The translations under genes and the position numbers were made by a program. DNA of 58,661 nucleotides, from contig CAIWJG010000374.1 of assembly GCA_903912925.1 (NCBI GenBank), positions 1 to 58,661 of the forward strand. The letters are read 5' to 3'. Each line of letters opens with the position of its first letter. The first letter of the stretch is position 1. The notes under the pieces were generated by a model that was not told the origin of the DNA, ran no database searches, and was given only the letters and a program-made list of their open reading frames with translations. This stretch comes from an uncultured Verrucomicrobia subdivision 3 bacterium. Its GTDB lineage: Bacteria; Verrucomicrobiota; Verrucomicrobiia; Limisphaerales; UBA8199. Below are positions 1 through 9,600 of the stretch, in pieces.

Positions 1-88
1 CCGAACAGACCCTGTGCGATCTAGAATGATCGAACTCACGTTCGATGCTACGTTCATTTCGGACTTCCGAACAGACCCTGTGCGATCT
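1..88. repeat. 22-bp perfect direct repeat (copies at 1-22 and 67-88) bracketing the rsmA stop codon
   Basis: CCGAACAGACCCTGTGCGATCT is read at 1-22 and again at 67-88. The second copy encodes the last residues of rsmA; the first lies just 3' of its stop (54-56). The repeat may extend past the window edge. Confidence 0.8.
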
Positions 89-899
89 GGGCGAACTGTT
101 CCAGTGAGACTGCCTCCGCGCGGATTTGAGGCGATAGCTTCAACCGCTCGAATTCCTCGACCAACCGCTGCCCAGGCCAGTCTTGCTTTAGCAGTTTGAG
201 CATCATCTTGCGTCGCTGCGAGAAGCTCCGTTTCACAATTCGGATGAACGCCCCGCGCGCTTCATCCCTCAGCAGCGGCTCCGCGCGGCGCACCAGGCAG
301 ACGCAGGCCGAATCCACGTCCGGCTCCGGGAAGAAACAACTGGCCGGAATCTTGAACCAGGGCTGCAGTTCGTAATTGAGTTGGATCAGCAGAGTGAGCA
401 CGCCGTAATCCGACGCGCCCGGTTTGGCGTGTAATCGCTTCGCCACCTCGACCTGCAGCGTGCCCACCATGCGCTCCGGACCACGAGCCGCCAGCGCCAG
501 TTCTACCAGCAGGGGCGAGGCAACCGAGAAGGGCAGATTGGCAACCAACTTCCACCCGCTCCAATCGCGTGCTTCGTGTTTCAGGTAGTCGAGGGCGTCG
601 TCGTGGAGCAAACGCAGAACCGGCGTCCCCCCGTTCTCGGTCTGGAAACGCTCCTTGAGCACCGCCACCAATCGAGCGTCCTTCTCGATGGCCAGAACCT
701 CGCTCACTTGCTCCAGCAATATCTCAGTCAGCGGCCCCAGCCCCGGCCCAATCTCCAACACTCGATCGGCTTTCTTCAGGTCCGCCGCCGCCACGATCCG
801 CCGTAACTGGTTGGCGTCATGGAGAAAGTTCTGTCCGAGCGACTTGGTCAGTTGGATGCTGCGCTCCGCCAGCACTTGCTTCATCTCGGTGAGCTTCAT
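54..899 (-). CDS. rsmA: 16S rRNA adenine dimethyltransferase RsmA/KsgA
   Basis: 281-aa ORF with 'LGQNFLHD', SAM-binding 'VLEIGPGLGPLT' and 'VANLPFSVASPLL', the KsgA/Erm family hallmarks. Its start overlaps the upstream stop by ATGA (896-899). Confidence 0.9.
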   Translation of the reverse strand: MKLTEMKQVLAERSIQLTKSLGQNFLHDANQLRRIVAAADLKKADRVLEIGPGLGPLTEILLEQVSEVLAIEKDARLVAVLKERFQTENGGTPVLRLLHDDALDYLKHEARDWSGWKLVANLPFSVASPLLVELALAARGPERMVGTLQVEVAKRLHAKPGASDYGVLTLLIQLNYELQPWFKIPASCFFPEPDVDSACVCLVRRAEPLLRDEARGAFIRIVKRSFSQRRKMMLKLLKQDWPGQRLVEEFERLKLSPQIRAEAVSLEQFAQIAQGLFGSPK

Positions 900-2269
900 C
901 GGGGTAAAAGCAATCCCAGCGCATGGACTGCCATCCAGAGTTGGTTCGAAGAAATGGTCAGCGGCGGGGTGAAGCCAATGACGTTCGAGTGCTCGCCCTC
1001 GGGCAGCAGAATGAACCCGCGCTCGTGAACCATGGCCTTAACCAGATTCAGCGCGACCTCTGTAGCGGGAGAGCCGTCCGGCAGACAAACTTCCAACCCA
1101 GCCAACAAGCCCAGGCCGCGCGGCGTCACAACGAGGGTCGAGGGCTGAGGGTCGAGGGCCGAGAGGGAGGCGAGCAAGAGTTCGCCAAGCTCCGCGCTGC
1201 GCTGCACCAGCTCGCGGTCTTTGATCTCCTTTATCTGCGCCAGCGCCATGGCGCAGCCGACGGGGTGGCCCAGGAATGTGCTGGTGTGGATGGCCTCGCC
1301 GCTGGACGGAGCCCACGCCGCGTCCATCAAGTCCGCATGTCCGACGCAGGCGGAGAGCGGGAAACCGCCCGTCAATGCCTTGCCCAGGCAAATTACGTCC
1401 GGCACCGTCCCGGAGTGTTCGCAGGCAAACCATCTGCCGGTGCGACCGAAGCCCGTGTAAATCTCATCCAGAATCAGCAGCGCGTGGTGCTCGTTGCAAA
1501 GCCGTCGCAGCAGGGGCAGAAACCCCGGCGGCGGAAGGTTGATGCCACCGCGCACTTGAACCGGTTCGACCAGAACCGCACCTATTCTCTCGCGCTGGAA
1601 AAGGCTCTGCATCTGGGCTTCAGTTTCTGCCAGAATAGAACCAGGTTGCTGCCCGCCCGGTGCGGCGGTATTTGCCTTGGGAAACGGCACAAAGTGCCCG
1701 AACTCGCGAAGCTGGTTGCGGAAAGGCGCCCGGAAATGTGCCCGCTGCGTCACATTGAGCGCGCCGTAGCCAAGGCCGTGATAGGCGCCTTCAAAGGCAA
1801 TCACGCCCGGCTTGCCCGTCGCCAACAGCGCTGTTTTGAGCGCGGCCTCCACTGCCTCGGAGCCTGAGTTGCAGAAGATGGTCTTGCCGGTGGTTGCCGG
1901 CGTGCGCCGATCGGCGACCTTGGACTTTGAACTTTTGGCTTCGGATTTGCCCTGCCACCGCTCGAAGGTGATTCGGCTCAACTCCCGCGCCAGCTCTGCC
2001 TTCAGCGCGTGTGGATGGACGTCGCCCATCGCATGCAGCAGCTTTGCCATTTGCTGCTGCCCGGCTTTGACCACGCGCGGGTTGGCGTGTCCAGTCGCCG
2101 CCACGCCGAATGCCGCTGTAAAATCCAGGTAATCCCTCCCATCCGCGTCCCAGACGCGCACTCCGCGCGCCCGCTCCCACACGATGGGCCACGAGCCATC
2201 CGGCGCGATGAACGTAACATTGCGCGACTCATAGGCGCGCAGCAGTTGAAGTGTTTCGCGAGTGGTCAT
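896..2269 (-). CDS. Class-III PLP-dependent aminotransferase (ArgD/GabT-like; substrate not assignable)
   Basis: 457-aa ORF with 'NSGSEAVEAALK', 'ILDEIYTGFGRTGRWFA' and the PLP-lysine context 'VICLGKALTGGFPLSA'. It carries an unusual Lys/Ser-rich segment 'QGKSEAKSSKSKV' (see findings). Confidence 0.8.
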   Translation of the reverse strand: MTTRETLQLLRAYESRNVTFIAPDGSWPIVWERARGVRVWDADGRDYLDFTAAFGVAATGHANPRVVKAGQQQMAKLLHAMGDVHPHALKAELARELSRITFERWQGKSEAKSSKSKVADRRTPATTGKTIFCNSGSEAVEAALKTALLATGKPGVIAFEGAYHGLGYGALNVTQRAHFRAPFRNQLREFGHFVPFPKANTAAPGGQQPGSILAETEAQMQSLFQRERIGAVLVEPVQVRGGINLPPPGFLPLLRRLCNEHHALLILDEIYTGFGRTGRWFACEHSGTVPDVICLGKALTGGFPLSACVGHADLMDAAWAPSSGEAIHTSTFLGHPVGCAMALAQIKEIKDRELVQRSAELGELLLASLSALDPQPSTLVVTPRGLGLLAGLEVCLPDGSPATEVALNLVKAMVHERGFILLPEGEHSNVIGFTPPLTISSNQLWMAVHALGLLLPR

Positions 2270-2275
2270 CGGCAG

Positions 2276-3016
2276 CTAAACTCCGCGCTCCTCCGGTGGC
2301 CAAATGACCTTGTGCAACTGCACTTGAAACCGCACGGGTAAGGCATCAGCGATGATCTTCTCCGCCAGTTGCCGACGCGAAATCAGCGTGTGCCCCGGCG
2401 GCACGAGCTTGAGCGACTTGTCCCGCTGCTCAGCAGCAAGCGGATGGGCCCACGAGAACAGCAACGGACAAAGGGATTCGAGCTTGTATTCGGCGATGCG
2501 TTCCCTGGCCCACTGGTAGTCTTCCCAGGTGGTGATGACGAACTTGATTTCATCCGTGCTCTTGAGATGAGACAGGTTCTCCCAGCGGTTGCGCCCGGCT
2601 TCGCCGCTGGAGGGGCATTTCAGGTCCATGATCCGCCGCACGCGCGGGTCAACGGGCGCAATGTCGTGTGCGCCGCTGGTTTCGAGCAGCACGGTGATGC
2701 CGTCGTCGCACAGCCCCTGCATCAGCGGAAGCGAGTTCTTCTGCAGCAAAGGTTCGCCGCCAGTCAGTTCGACGAGCGGCAAACGCTGCCCCACCGGGTT
2801 GCCGAATGGTTTGGCCAACTGGTGGACTTCAGCGCGTATGTCTGCCAGTGACTTCTTGGCGCCTTCAGTAAACGCATACGCCGTGTCGCAATACGAGCAG
2901 CGCAAATCACAGGCACCGAGCCGGACGAAGATGCACGGCAACCCCGCAAACGTGCTCTCGCCTTGCAGGCTCAGATAGATCTCGTTGACGACCAGCGTGT
3001 CAGACATCGCGCTCAA
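2276..3016 (-). CDS. queE: 7-carboxy-7-deazaguanine synthase QueE (radical SAM)
   Basis: 246-aa ORF. 'EIYLSLQGESTFAGLPCIFVRLGACDLRCSYCDT' matches the QueE N-terminus and contains the CX3CX2C radical-SAM cluster motif. Confidence 0.85.
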   Translation of the reverse strand: MSAMSDTLVVNEIYLSLQGESTFAGLPCIFVRLGACDLRCSYCDTAYAFTEGAKKSLADIRAEVHQLAKPFGNPVGQRLPLVELTGGEPLLQKNSLPLMQGLCDDGITVLLETSGAHDIAPVDPRVRRIMDLKCPSSGEAGRNRWENLSHLKSTDEIKFVITTWEDYQWARERIAEYKLESLCPLLFSWAHPLAAEQRDKSLKLVPPGHTLISRRQLAEKIIADALPVRFQVQLHKVIWPPEERGV

Positions 3017-3052
3017 TGTAATGGCCCGACGGGCGCGAGGGAAGCGGCATGA

Positions 3053-3169
3053 GTTGGGTTAGTTGCATGGTTGCACGGTTACAAGGTTACATGGTTACAC
3101 GGTTATCAAGTGCGCTTCCCCTTGTAACCATGTAACCGTGTAACCATGCAACTCTTGTAACCATGCAAC
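3053..3169. repeat. Two convergent arrays of ~6 octamers (GTTRCANG x6, 10-nt centre, CNTGYAAC x6) in the queE/gdh divergent intergenic region
   Basis: 3062-3110 reads GTTGCATG GTTGCACG GTTACAAG GTTACATG GTTACACG GTTATCAAG. 3121-3169 reads CTTGTAAC CATGTAAC CGTGTAAC CATGCAAC t CTTGTAAC CATGCAAC. This is a large imperfect inverted repeat made of tandem 8-mers. Confidence 0.85.
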
Positions 3170-3219
3170 TCACTTCCCGCACTCTCTTTTCTCTTTACCA
3201 AATCCCGGCCACTGACCCT

Positions 3220-4488
3220 ATGATGCCGGCCATGGAAATCTACGATCATCCCACCTTCCGGATGGCCTGCCAGCAGTTCGACCTGGTGGCGGACCGTCTG
3301 CAAATGCCCGCTGCCGAGCGCGACCGCATCAAATACCCCAAGCGCGCCATGACCGTGGCCCTGCCGATTCATCGTGACGACGGCTCCACGCAGGTATTCA
3401 CCGGCTACCGCGTGCAGCATCACCTCACCCTTGGCCCGACCAAGGGCGGCTTGCGCTTTCATCCCGACGTGACGATTGGCGAAGTCGCGGCGCTGGCGAT
3501 GTGGATGAGCTGGAAATGCGCCCTGACCGGTTTGCCCTACGGCGGCGCCAAGGGTGGGGTTGCCTGCGATCCCGGCAAATTGTCCATCACCGAGTTGGAG
3601 CGTGTGACCCGCCGTTACACGCAGGAGATGATCCCGTTCATCGGCCCGCAGGTTGATGTGATGGCGCCCGATCTGGGCACCAACGAACAGATCATGGCCT
3701 GGATGATGGACACCTACTCCGTCCACGTCGGCGCCACCGTGCCCAGCATTGTCACCGGCAAACCGGTCGCATTGGGCGGCTCGCTTGGCCGGCGCGAGGC
3801 CACCGGTCGCGGCGTCGGCTATCTCGTCAACCGCGCCACCGACACTATCGGGCTGGACATCAGCAAAGCCACCGCCGCAATCCAGGGCTTTGGCAACGTC
3901 GGCTCCGTCGCCGCGCTCTCCCTCGCTCGCTATGGAGTCAAGATTGTGGCCGTAACCGATGCCTTTGGCGGAGTCTATAACTCGAACGGCTTGGACCTCT
4001 GGGGACTCGAAAAGCATGTCGCCGGCAACAAGACCGTGGCCGGCTTTGCCGAAGCCGAGCCCATCACCAACGACCAATTGTTGGTGCTGCCCTGCGATAT
4101 CCTTGTGCCTGCCGCTATCGAGCGCCAGATCACCGCCGACAACGCCCCCAAGATCCAGTGCCGCATCATCGCCGAGGCCGCCAACGGCCCCACCACTCCC
4201 GAAGCGGACGTCATCCTGGACCAGCGCTCTGAAATCTTCATCATCCCCGACGTGCTGTGCAACGCCGGTGGCGTGGTGGTATCCTACTTCGAGTGGGTGC
4301 AGGACTTGCAGAGCTTCTTCTGGGGCGAGACCGAAGTTGTGGACAAACTGTTCCGCATCCTGGAGACGGCCTACACGCAAGTCGTGTCCCTAAGTCGCAA
4401 GCAGAAGATCTCCATGCGGCTGGCGGCCCTGAGCCTCGGCATCAAACGCGTGCAGGAGGCGAAGCGGCTCAGAGGGCTGTTCCCATGA
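3220..4488 (+). CDS. gdhA: Glutamate dehydrogenase (Glu/Leu/Phe/Val dehydrogenase family)
   Basis: '[47 protein letters not shown]' contains the catalytic Lys box; 'IQGFGNVGS' is the dinucleotide fold. The ORF is open from 3163, but that ATG lies inside the octamer array. ATGs at 3220, 3223 or 3232 give a normal-length N-terminus, so the start is uncertain. Confidence 0.85.
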   Translation: MMPAMEIYDHPTFRMACQQFDLVADRLQMPAAERDRIKYPKRAMTVALPIHRDDGSTQVFTGYRVQHHLTLGPTKGGLRFHPDVTIGEVAALAMWMSWKCALTGLPYGGAKGGVACDPGKLSITELERVTRRYTQEMIPFIGPQVDVMAPDLGTNEQIMAWMMDTYSVHVGATVPSIVTGKPVALGGSLGRREATGRGVGYLVNRATDTIGLDISKATAAIQGFGNVGSVAALSLARYGVKIVAVTDAFGGVYNSNGLDLWGLEKHVAGNKTVAGFAEAEPITNDQLLVLPCDILVPAAIERQITADNAPKIQCRIIAEAANGPTTPEADVILDQRSEIFIIPDVLCNAGGVVVSYFEWVQDLQSFFWGETEVVDKLFRILETAYTQVVSLSRKQKISMRLAALSLGIKRVQEAKRLRGLFP

Positions 4489-5183
4489 TTACTTCAGAAG
4501 TGGGGTTCTTTACAGGGAAGCGGGCGCTGCGTGGCTTTACGCTGATCGAGCTGCTCGTCGTGATCGCCATTATCGCCATCCTGGCTGCGCTTCTGTTGCC
4601 GGCGCTGGCCAAAGCGAAGGCGAAAGCTCAAAGCATTTCCTGTTTGAACAACCTCAAGCAGTGGGGCTTGGCGACGCATCTCTACGTTTTGGATCACGAA
4701 GATTACCTGCCGCCAGACGGCGCTCCCAACCCGACCGATACCATGACCAACGTCGGCTGGTATGTGCAGCTTCCGGAGGTGCTCGGGATTCCCCGCTATT
4801 TCGACCTGCCCTGGCGCAAGGACTCCAATGCCGCGCCCGGCAATTCGGTCTGGATTTGTTCCTCCAATCCCAGGCGCAGCAATGGCAACAACCTCTTCCA
4901 CTACTGCCTCAACGAACATGTGAACGGGACCGGCGCCAACAATCGGCCGGCCAGGATAAGCTCCATTCCCAAGCCCTCGGCCGTCGTGTGGCTCTTTGAC
5001 ACGAAGAACCTCCCCGGCGTTGGCGCGTGGACTTACGTCCATACCAACCTGCACGGCCAGGGCGCGCAGTTCACGTTTCTTGACGGCCACGCCGCCCGCT
5101 TCCGCTGTTCAGCGTACTTGGATCTGACTACCGGTCATGCCCGCACTAATAACGTTGACCTGGTCTGGATACCATCACCATAA
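4485..5183 (+). CDS. Prepilin-type N-terminal cleavage/methylation domain protein of the H-X9-DG type (pseudopilin-like)
   Basis: The internal start at 4485 overlaps the gdh stop (ATGA). '[25 protein letters not shown]' is a type IV pilin-like leader and hydrophobic helix. The C-terminal '[13 protein letters not shown]' fits H-X9-DG exactly. The track ORF 4257-5183 begins in gdh in another frame. Confidence 0.8.
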   Translation: MITSEVGFFTGKRALRGFTLIELLVVIAIIAILAALLLPALAKAKAKAQSISCLNNLKQWGLATHLYVLDHEDYLPPDGAPNPTDTMTNVGWYVQLPEVLGIPRYFDLPWRKDSNAAPGNSVWICSSNPRRSNGNNLFHYCLNEHVNGTGANNRPARISSIPKPSAVVWLFDTKNLPGVGAWTYVHTNLHGQGAQFTFLDGHAARFRCSAYLDLTTGHARTNNVDLVWIPSP

Positions 5184-5195
5184 CTCAGGCCCAGC

Positions 5196-6563
5196 TCACC
5201 TCGCGCCCGCAGCCGGGGATTCAATCCGGTAGAGGTGTGTCTTGGTTCTCAGGAAGAACGCCTTGCCGGAGACCGCCGGCGAAGCCATGAACCCGTCTTC
5301 CAGGATGTTCTTCGCCAGGACTTCGAAAGTGCGCCCGGGTTTGAGCACGGTGGTCGTGCCTTGCTGGCTGAAGAAATACAGCCGCCCATCGGCGTAGATC
5401 GGTGAAGCCGCGTCCTTGCCGCCGATTCTTTCCGTCCAGACCAGCTTCCCCGTCGCGGCTTCGAGGCAGGTGACGTAGTTGTCCTCGGCGACCGTGTAGA
5501 TCAAGCCGTCAACGAGCAGCGGCGAGCCGTAAACGCCCACATGGTTCTTGGACTTCCACGCTACGCCGGTGTCAGTGATGTCTCCCTGGCCGTCCGTCTT
5601 CACCGCCCACAATTCTCTCATGCCGAGGCCGGTGACAAAGAAGGCCAAGCCGTCGCCGAAAATCGGTCGGGGCGCGGTTGACCAGTCTTTATATTGCACC
5701 TTCCAGAGCTCTTTCCCAGTCCGCGGATCGTAGCCATAGGCGGCCTTGGCACCCGCGCTGAGCATCAGGGGCTTGCCGGCCGCGGTCACGATCAACGGCG
5801 TGCTGTGGGCCTTGCGCTGGTCCCCGTCTCGGGCCATCTGGCCAGGGACGTTTTCGTCGTTCCAGACCACGGAGCGGTTGACCTTCCAGACGGTCTCGCC
5901 GGTCTTCTTGTCCAGCGCGACGTGGTACTGCACGTCCACGCCGTCCATTGTCAGGATCAGCAGGTTCTCGAAGGTGATGAGCGATGACGCTGGGCCGCGG
6001 TAATGACGGCACTGTATGTCTTCCCGTTTCCAAAGTGCCTTGCCCGTGTTCGCGTCCAGACAGGCCGTCCCAAATCTGCCAAAGTGGACATAGACCCGCC
6101 CCGGCTCAATCACCGGCGAAGGCGTGGCATAACAGTTCATCGAGGCGCCGTTGTTGAGCGGTTCCGGGTTATCGCTGTGAAACACTTTCTCATTGAAGCG
6201 AATTGCGCCGGTTTCGGCGTCCAGGCCGATGGCGAAGAAGTCGTGGCCGTCGATAGTCGCAGTGGTCAGCCAAACTTGTCCTCCCATCACAACCGGCGTG
6301 GACCAGCCGCGATAGGGAATCTCCGTCTTCCATTTGACATTATTCGTCTCGCTCCAGTCAAGCGGCAGCCCCATGAGCTGCGTGTCGCCCGGTGCTGAGG
6401 CGTGGCCGTCGCCCCACGGCCCGCGGAACTCCGGCCAATCCGCTCGCGCCGCCACCCCGCCAACGACCACCAGTGCCAGCGTCAACCGGGAAAGCAATCT
6501 GCGTGGAACGCCGCGGCTTAACGCTTTGGCCGAATCGAATAACTGGCCTCTATCATAACTCAT
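5196..6563 (-). CDS. PQQ-like / BamB-like beta-propeller repeat protein, secreted
   Basis: 455-aa ORF with an N-terminal signal-like region ('RRLLSRLTLALVVVGGVAARA'), then 'DWPEFRGP...WSTPVVMGGQVWLTTA' and recurring propeller-blade patterns ('GKALWK', 'GKELWK', 'GKLVWT'). Confidence 0.7.
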   Translation of the reverse strand: MSYDRGQLFDSAKALSRGVPRRLLSRLTLALVVVGGVAARADWPEFRGPWGDGHASAPGDTQLMGLPLDWSETNNVKWKTEIPYRGWSTPVVMGGQVWLTTATIDGHDFFAIGLDAETGAIRFNEKVFHSDNPEPLNNGASMNCYATPSPVIEPGRVYVHFGRFGTACLDANTGKALWKREDIQCRHYRGPASSLITFENLLILTMDGVDVQYHVALDKKTGETVWKVNRSVVWNDENVPGQMARDGDQRKAHSTPLIVTAAGKPLMLSAGAKAAYGYDPRTGKELWKVQYKDWSTAPRPIFGDGLAFFVTGLGMRELWAVKTDGQGDITDTGVAWKSKNHVGVYGSPLLVDGLIYTVAEDNYVTCLEAATGKLVWTERIGGKDAASPIYADGRLYFFSQQGTTTVLKPGRTFEVLAKNILEDGFMASPAVSGKAFFLRTKTHLYRIESPAAGAR

Positions 6564-6603
6564 GGCGCCAGCGTGCCATGACGACCTTGCCAGGTCAATT
6601 ATC

Positions 6604-9600
6604 TCAGTATCCCAGCTCTTTGAGGGTCGCTTCGAAATCCGCCGGCAACGGTGCTGGCGCTGGCTTGACGGCCTTGGCGGCGTAGGCCACCAGGTTGAGC
6701 ACTAAGCGGTCCGCCGCCGGATGCTTGTCCAGGTTGGCAACCAGGTTGAAGGTGTTCAGCACAATCTTCCCCGCGCCCAGCGGATAGGCGCCCAGCATCA
6801 CGCCTGCGGCATAGCCGTCGGGGCGGCTGGAATGGCAGACGGCGAAAGCCGCCGCGGCCACATCCTCCGGCGTGTCCTGTCCTTCAAAGAAGCGGCTGCT
6901 GATCAGCGGCCCGTAATAGTCCCAATCCATGACGCCCTGCGGCGCCAACCCCGCAAACAGGGCGTGCTTCCTGGCGACGCATTCCTTGTGATAGAGCCAG
7001 TCGGAGAAGCTGGTCAGGTGCCCCTTGTTCTTCAGCGGCAGCCAGCCCACGGCATCGTTCCCCTTGCGGAATACGCCCGGGTCAAGAAACACCGCGACGC
7101 TCCCTTGTGCGACGCGCCGCAAGACCTCCGCGCGCTGGGTCGGCGTCACAGAAGGCTCGGGCGCGTTCCCCACCAGGATGACCCGGCAGGCTTCCGCGGG
7201 AGCTTTGTCCAACGGCACCGCGGAGATGTTTCGCCCCTTCAACCACTCCTGCACCCAGGAATCTATCGCCACGACCGCCACCTCAACTGCCACTTCCGCC
7301 TTGGGCGCTTCGCTGACCTGGAACATCAGTCTGCCGGCAGCCGGCGCGCCGCCACGTTCGAGCGTAGCGGCAAATTCATATCGCCCCGCAGGACCAGGAA
7401 TCGTCACCTCTTCTGCGAAGACAGGAACCGCCAATGGCCCGTCCTCCCCGGCCGCTGGCTGAGGGATGACCACCTCGATGCGCTTCTCCCATGCGACGCC
7501 CGCTGGCCCCAACACCCGCAGCCGCGCCGGGTAAGTGCCCGGCCCCAGCACGTCTTCGTTTGCCAGCACCGCTTCCAGTTTCACCGGTCGTCCTGCATAG
7601 GCGTGCATCGGTGCCGCGAACAGGCACCACCGCAGCGGCGCCCAACCCTCTTGCAGCGTGTCCATGATGCCGGGCTTGAACTCGCGCCAGAACGTCCACA
7701 ACCCTTCGCCCGTGTATCCGTGGTCCAGCAGCCCCGTCAGGTTATACCCGCAAATCTTCGGGTTCGAGCGTATCAAACTGAACCCCAACTCCCGCTGCCG
7801 GCAATGCAACCGCTGGCTCGCCCGGAGCATCTCCTCGGGGAACGCATACACCGCGTCCATACCCAGCCGCGTCCAGTCAGCGGTCAGCTTCTCCTCGGTT
7901 TGCTTGAAGAACTTGAAGTCATCCGCTTCCGGGTTCGCGCCGTTTTGTTCGTAATACCGCAGCTCGCGGATGGCGTTCATTAGGCTGCCGATGCCGTATT
8001 CGGAGAGAAACACCGGCTTGCTCTCCTTGCCCAGGTTGCGGATGCCCGCCTCGATGGATGGGGTGTGCGGCGTCGCCGGATACACATGCGCATCGCCCGC
8101 GCCCACAAAATAGCCGCCCCACGGACCGCCTTTGGCCGAGCCCTTGTAGTCCGGTCCCTCGACACCCCACACATACTCCCACTGCGCACCGCCGGGATTG
8201 CAGACCGACCCAATGTTGTATTGCCCGTCCCACCGTCCGCTCTGCTGCAACACCAGCCGCGAATCGTCCAGCGACCGCAGCAGCCCCAGGCTCGCCACCG
8301 CATGTTGGACCATCGGGCCGTTGCCCATCTCGTTGACCAGCCCGAAGATGACCACGCTCGGATGATTCCGGTCCCGCAGCACCATCTCCCGCAGATCGGC
8401 GTCAAAGCGTTCCGCCATCTTCGGCGAGTCGGCCAGCAACCACGACGCCAGGTTCTCTTCATAAACCATCAGCCCGATTTCGTCGCACAGCTCAAGCTGG
8501 TAGGGATGGGCGATCCCCGCAATGAACCGCACCGTATTGAACCCGCACGACTTCATATACAGCAAATCTTTGCGCAGGAGGTCCAGCGCCCCGGCGGGGG
8601 GAACAATTGCACCTATCGGACAATGGTTGCCGGTGTGCGAGCTTTTCAGAAAGACGCGTTTGCCGTTCAAGCGGAAATAACCCCGCTCCACACGGAAATC
8701 GCGGAACCCAAACCGCACCGCGCTTTCATGGCTGTCCGCGCTGCCGCCTGCACTCACCCGCGTGGTCAATCGATACAGACACGGCTCCTCCAACCGCCAC
8801 AAACGGTGCTGCGGCACGCTCAACCGACACTCCACCGTGCTGCTGCCGAGCGGGATCTCCTGGCTAAGCTGCATCCGCGCCACCGGCTCGCCGGCCCTGA
8901 CCGAGTCTTCAGTAATGACGAATTGAAACTGGCCGGACACTGCCGCCGGACCCGTGTTGCTCAGCGTCACTTGCACGCGCACCTCGCCGCTCTTCCAATC
9001 CGGGCGCACATACACATCATCAATCCGCGCCGCCGGGGTCCAGAAGACCTTGACTGGTTCAGTGATCCCGCCGCTGTTGTAAGAACCTCCGACGCCAATA
9101 CCAGTCGGGACCTTGTTCCGATGAGGCGTCTCGCCCAGGACGATGCCATCAATCGCCTGCCCCGTCGGGTTCAACACGCGCACCGCCAGCCGGTTCGCCA
9201 AGCCGGGCTTCACTGCGCTCGTGATATCCAGCGTGAACGGAGTCTCACCGCCCTCGTGGCCACCAACGGGGATGTCGTTCACCCAGACCTGCGCGAGGTA
9301 ATCCACCGTGTCAAACCGCAGCAGGCAACGCCCGTCCACATAGCCACTCTCGGGAGCGATGAACTCGCGCCAATACCACGCCACACCGTGATAGCCTGGC
9401 AGCGCCTCCTGCATGATACCCGGCACGCGCACGGGCCGGGCGTCCGCGACCGGCCCTTTCCACCACCCCTCCTCGCGTCCGGCGTTCTTCGGGTCCGCCG
9501 CCACCTTCCAATCGTTTCCTTCCAGCGAAACGACCGTCGCCGGCCACGTTCGGTTTTCCGCCTGTGCCACGCCCACAACGACCATGAGCGTCATCAGACC

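Noticed and set aside
262-564. 100-aa minus-strand ORF inside rsmA in another frame, and 14-199 plus-strand ORF
   Set aside because: They are fully embedded in or overlapping the well-supported rsmA ORF and are Gly/Ala/Arg-rich shadow translations.
3106-4380. 424-aa minus-strand ORF overlapping the glutamate dehydrogenase gene
   Set aside because: It is antisense to a gene with unmistakable GDH motifs. Its product is low-complexity (Gly/Ala/Asp/His-rich) with no family resemblance. This is a typical shadow ORF of GC-rich DNA.
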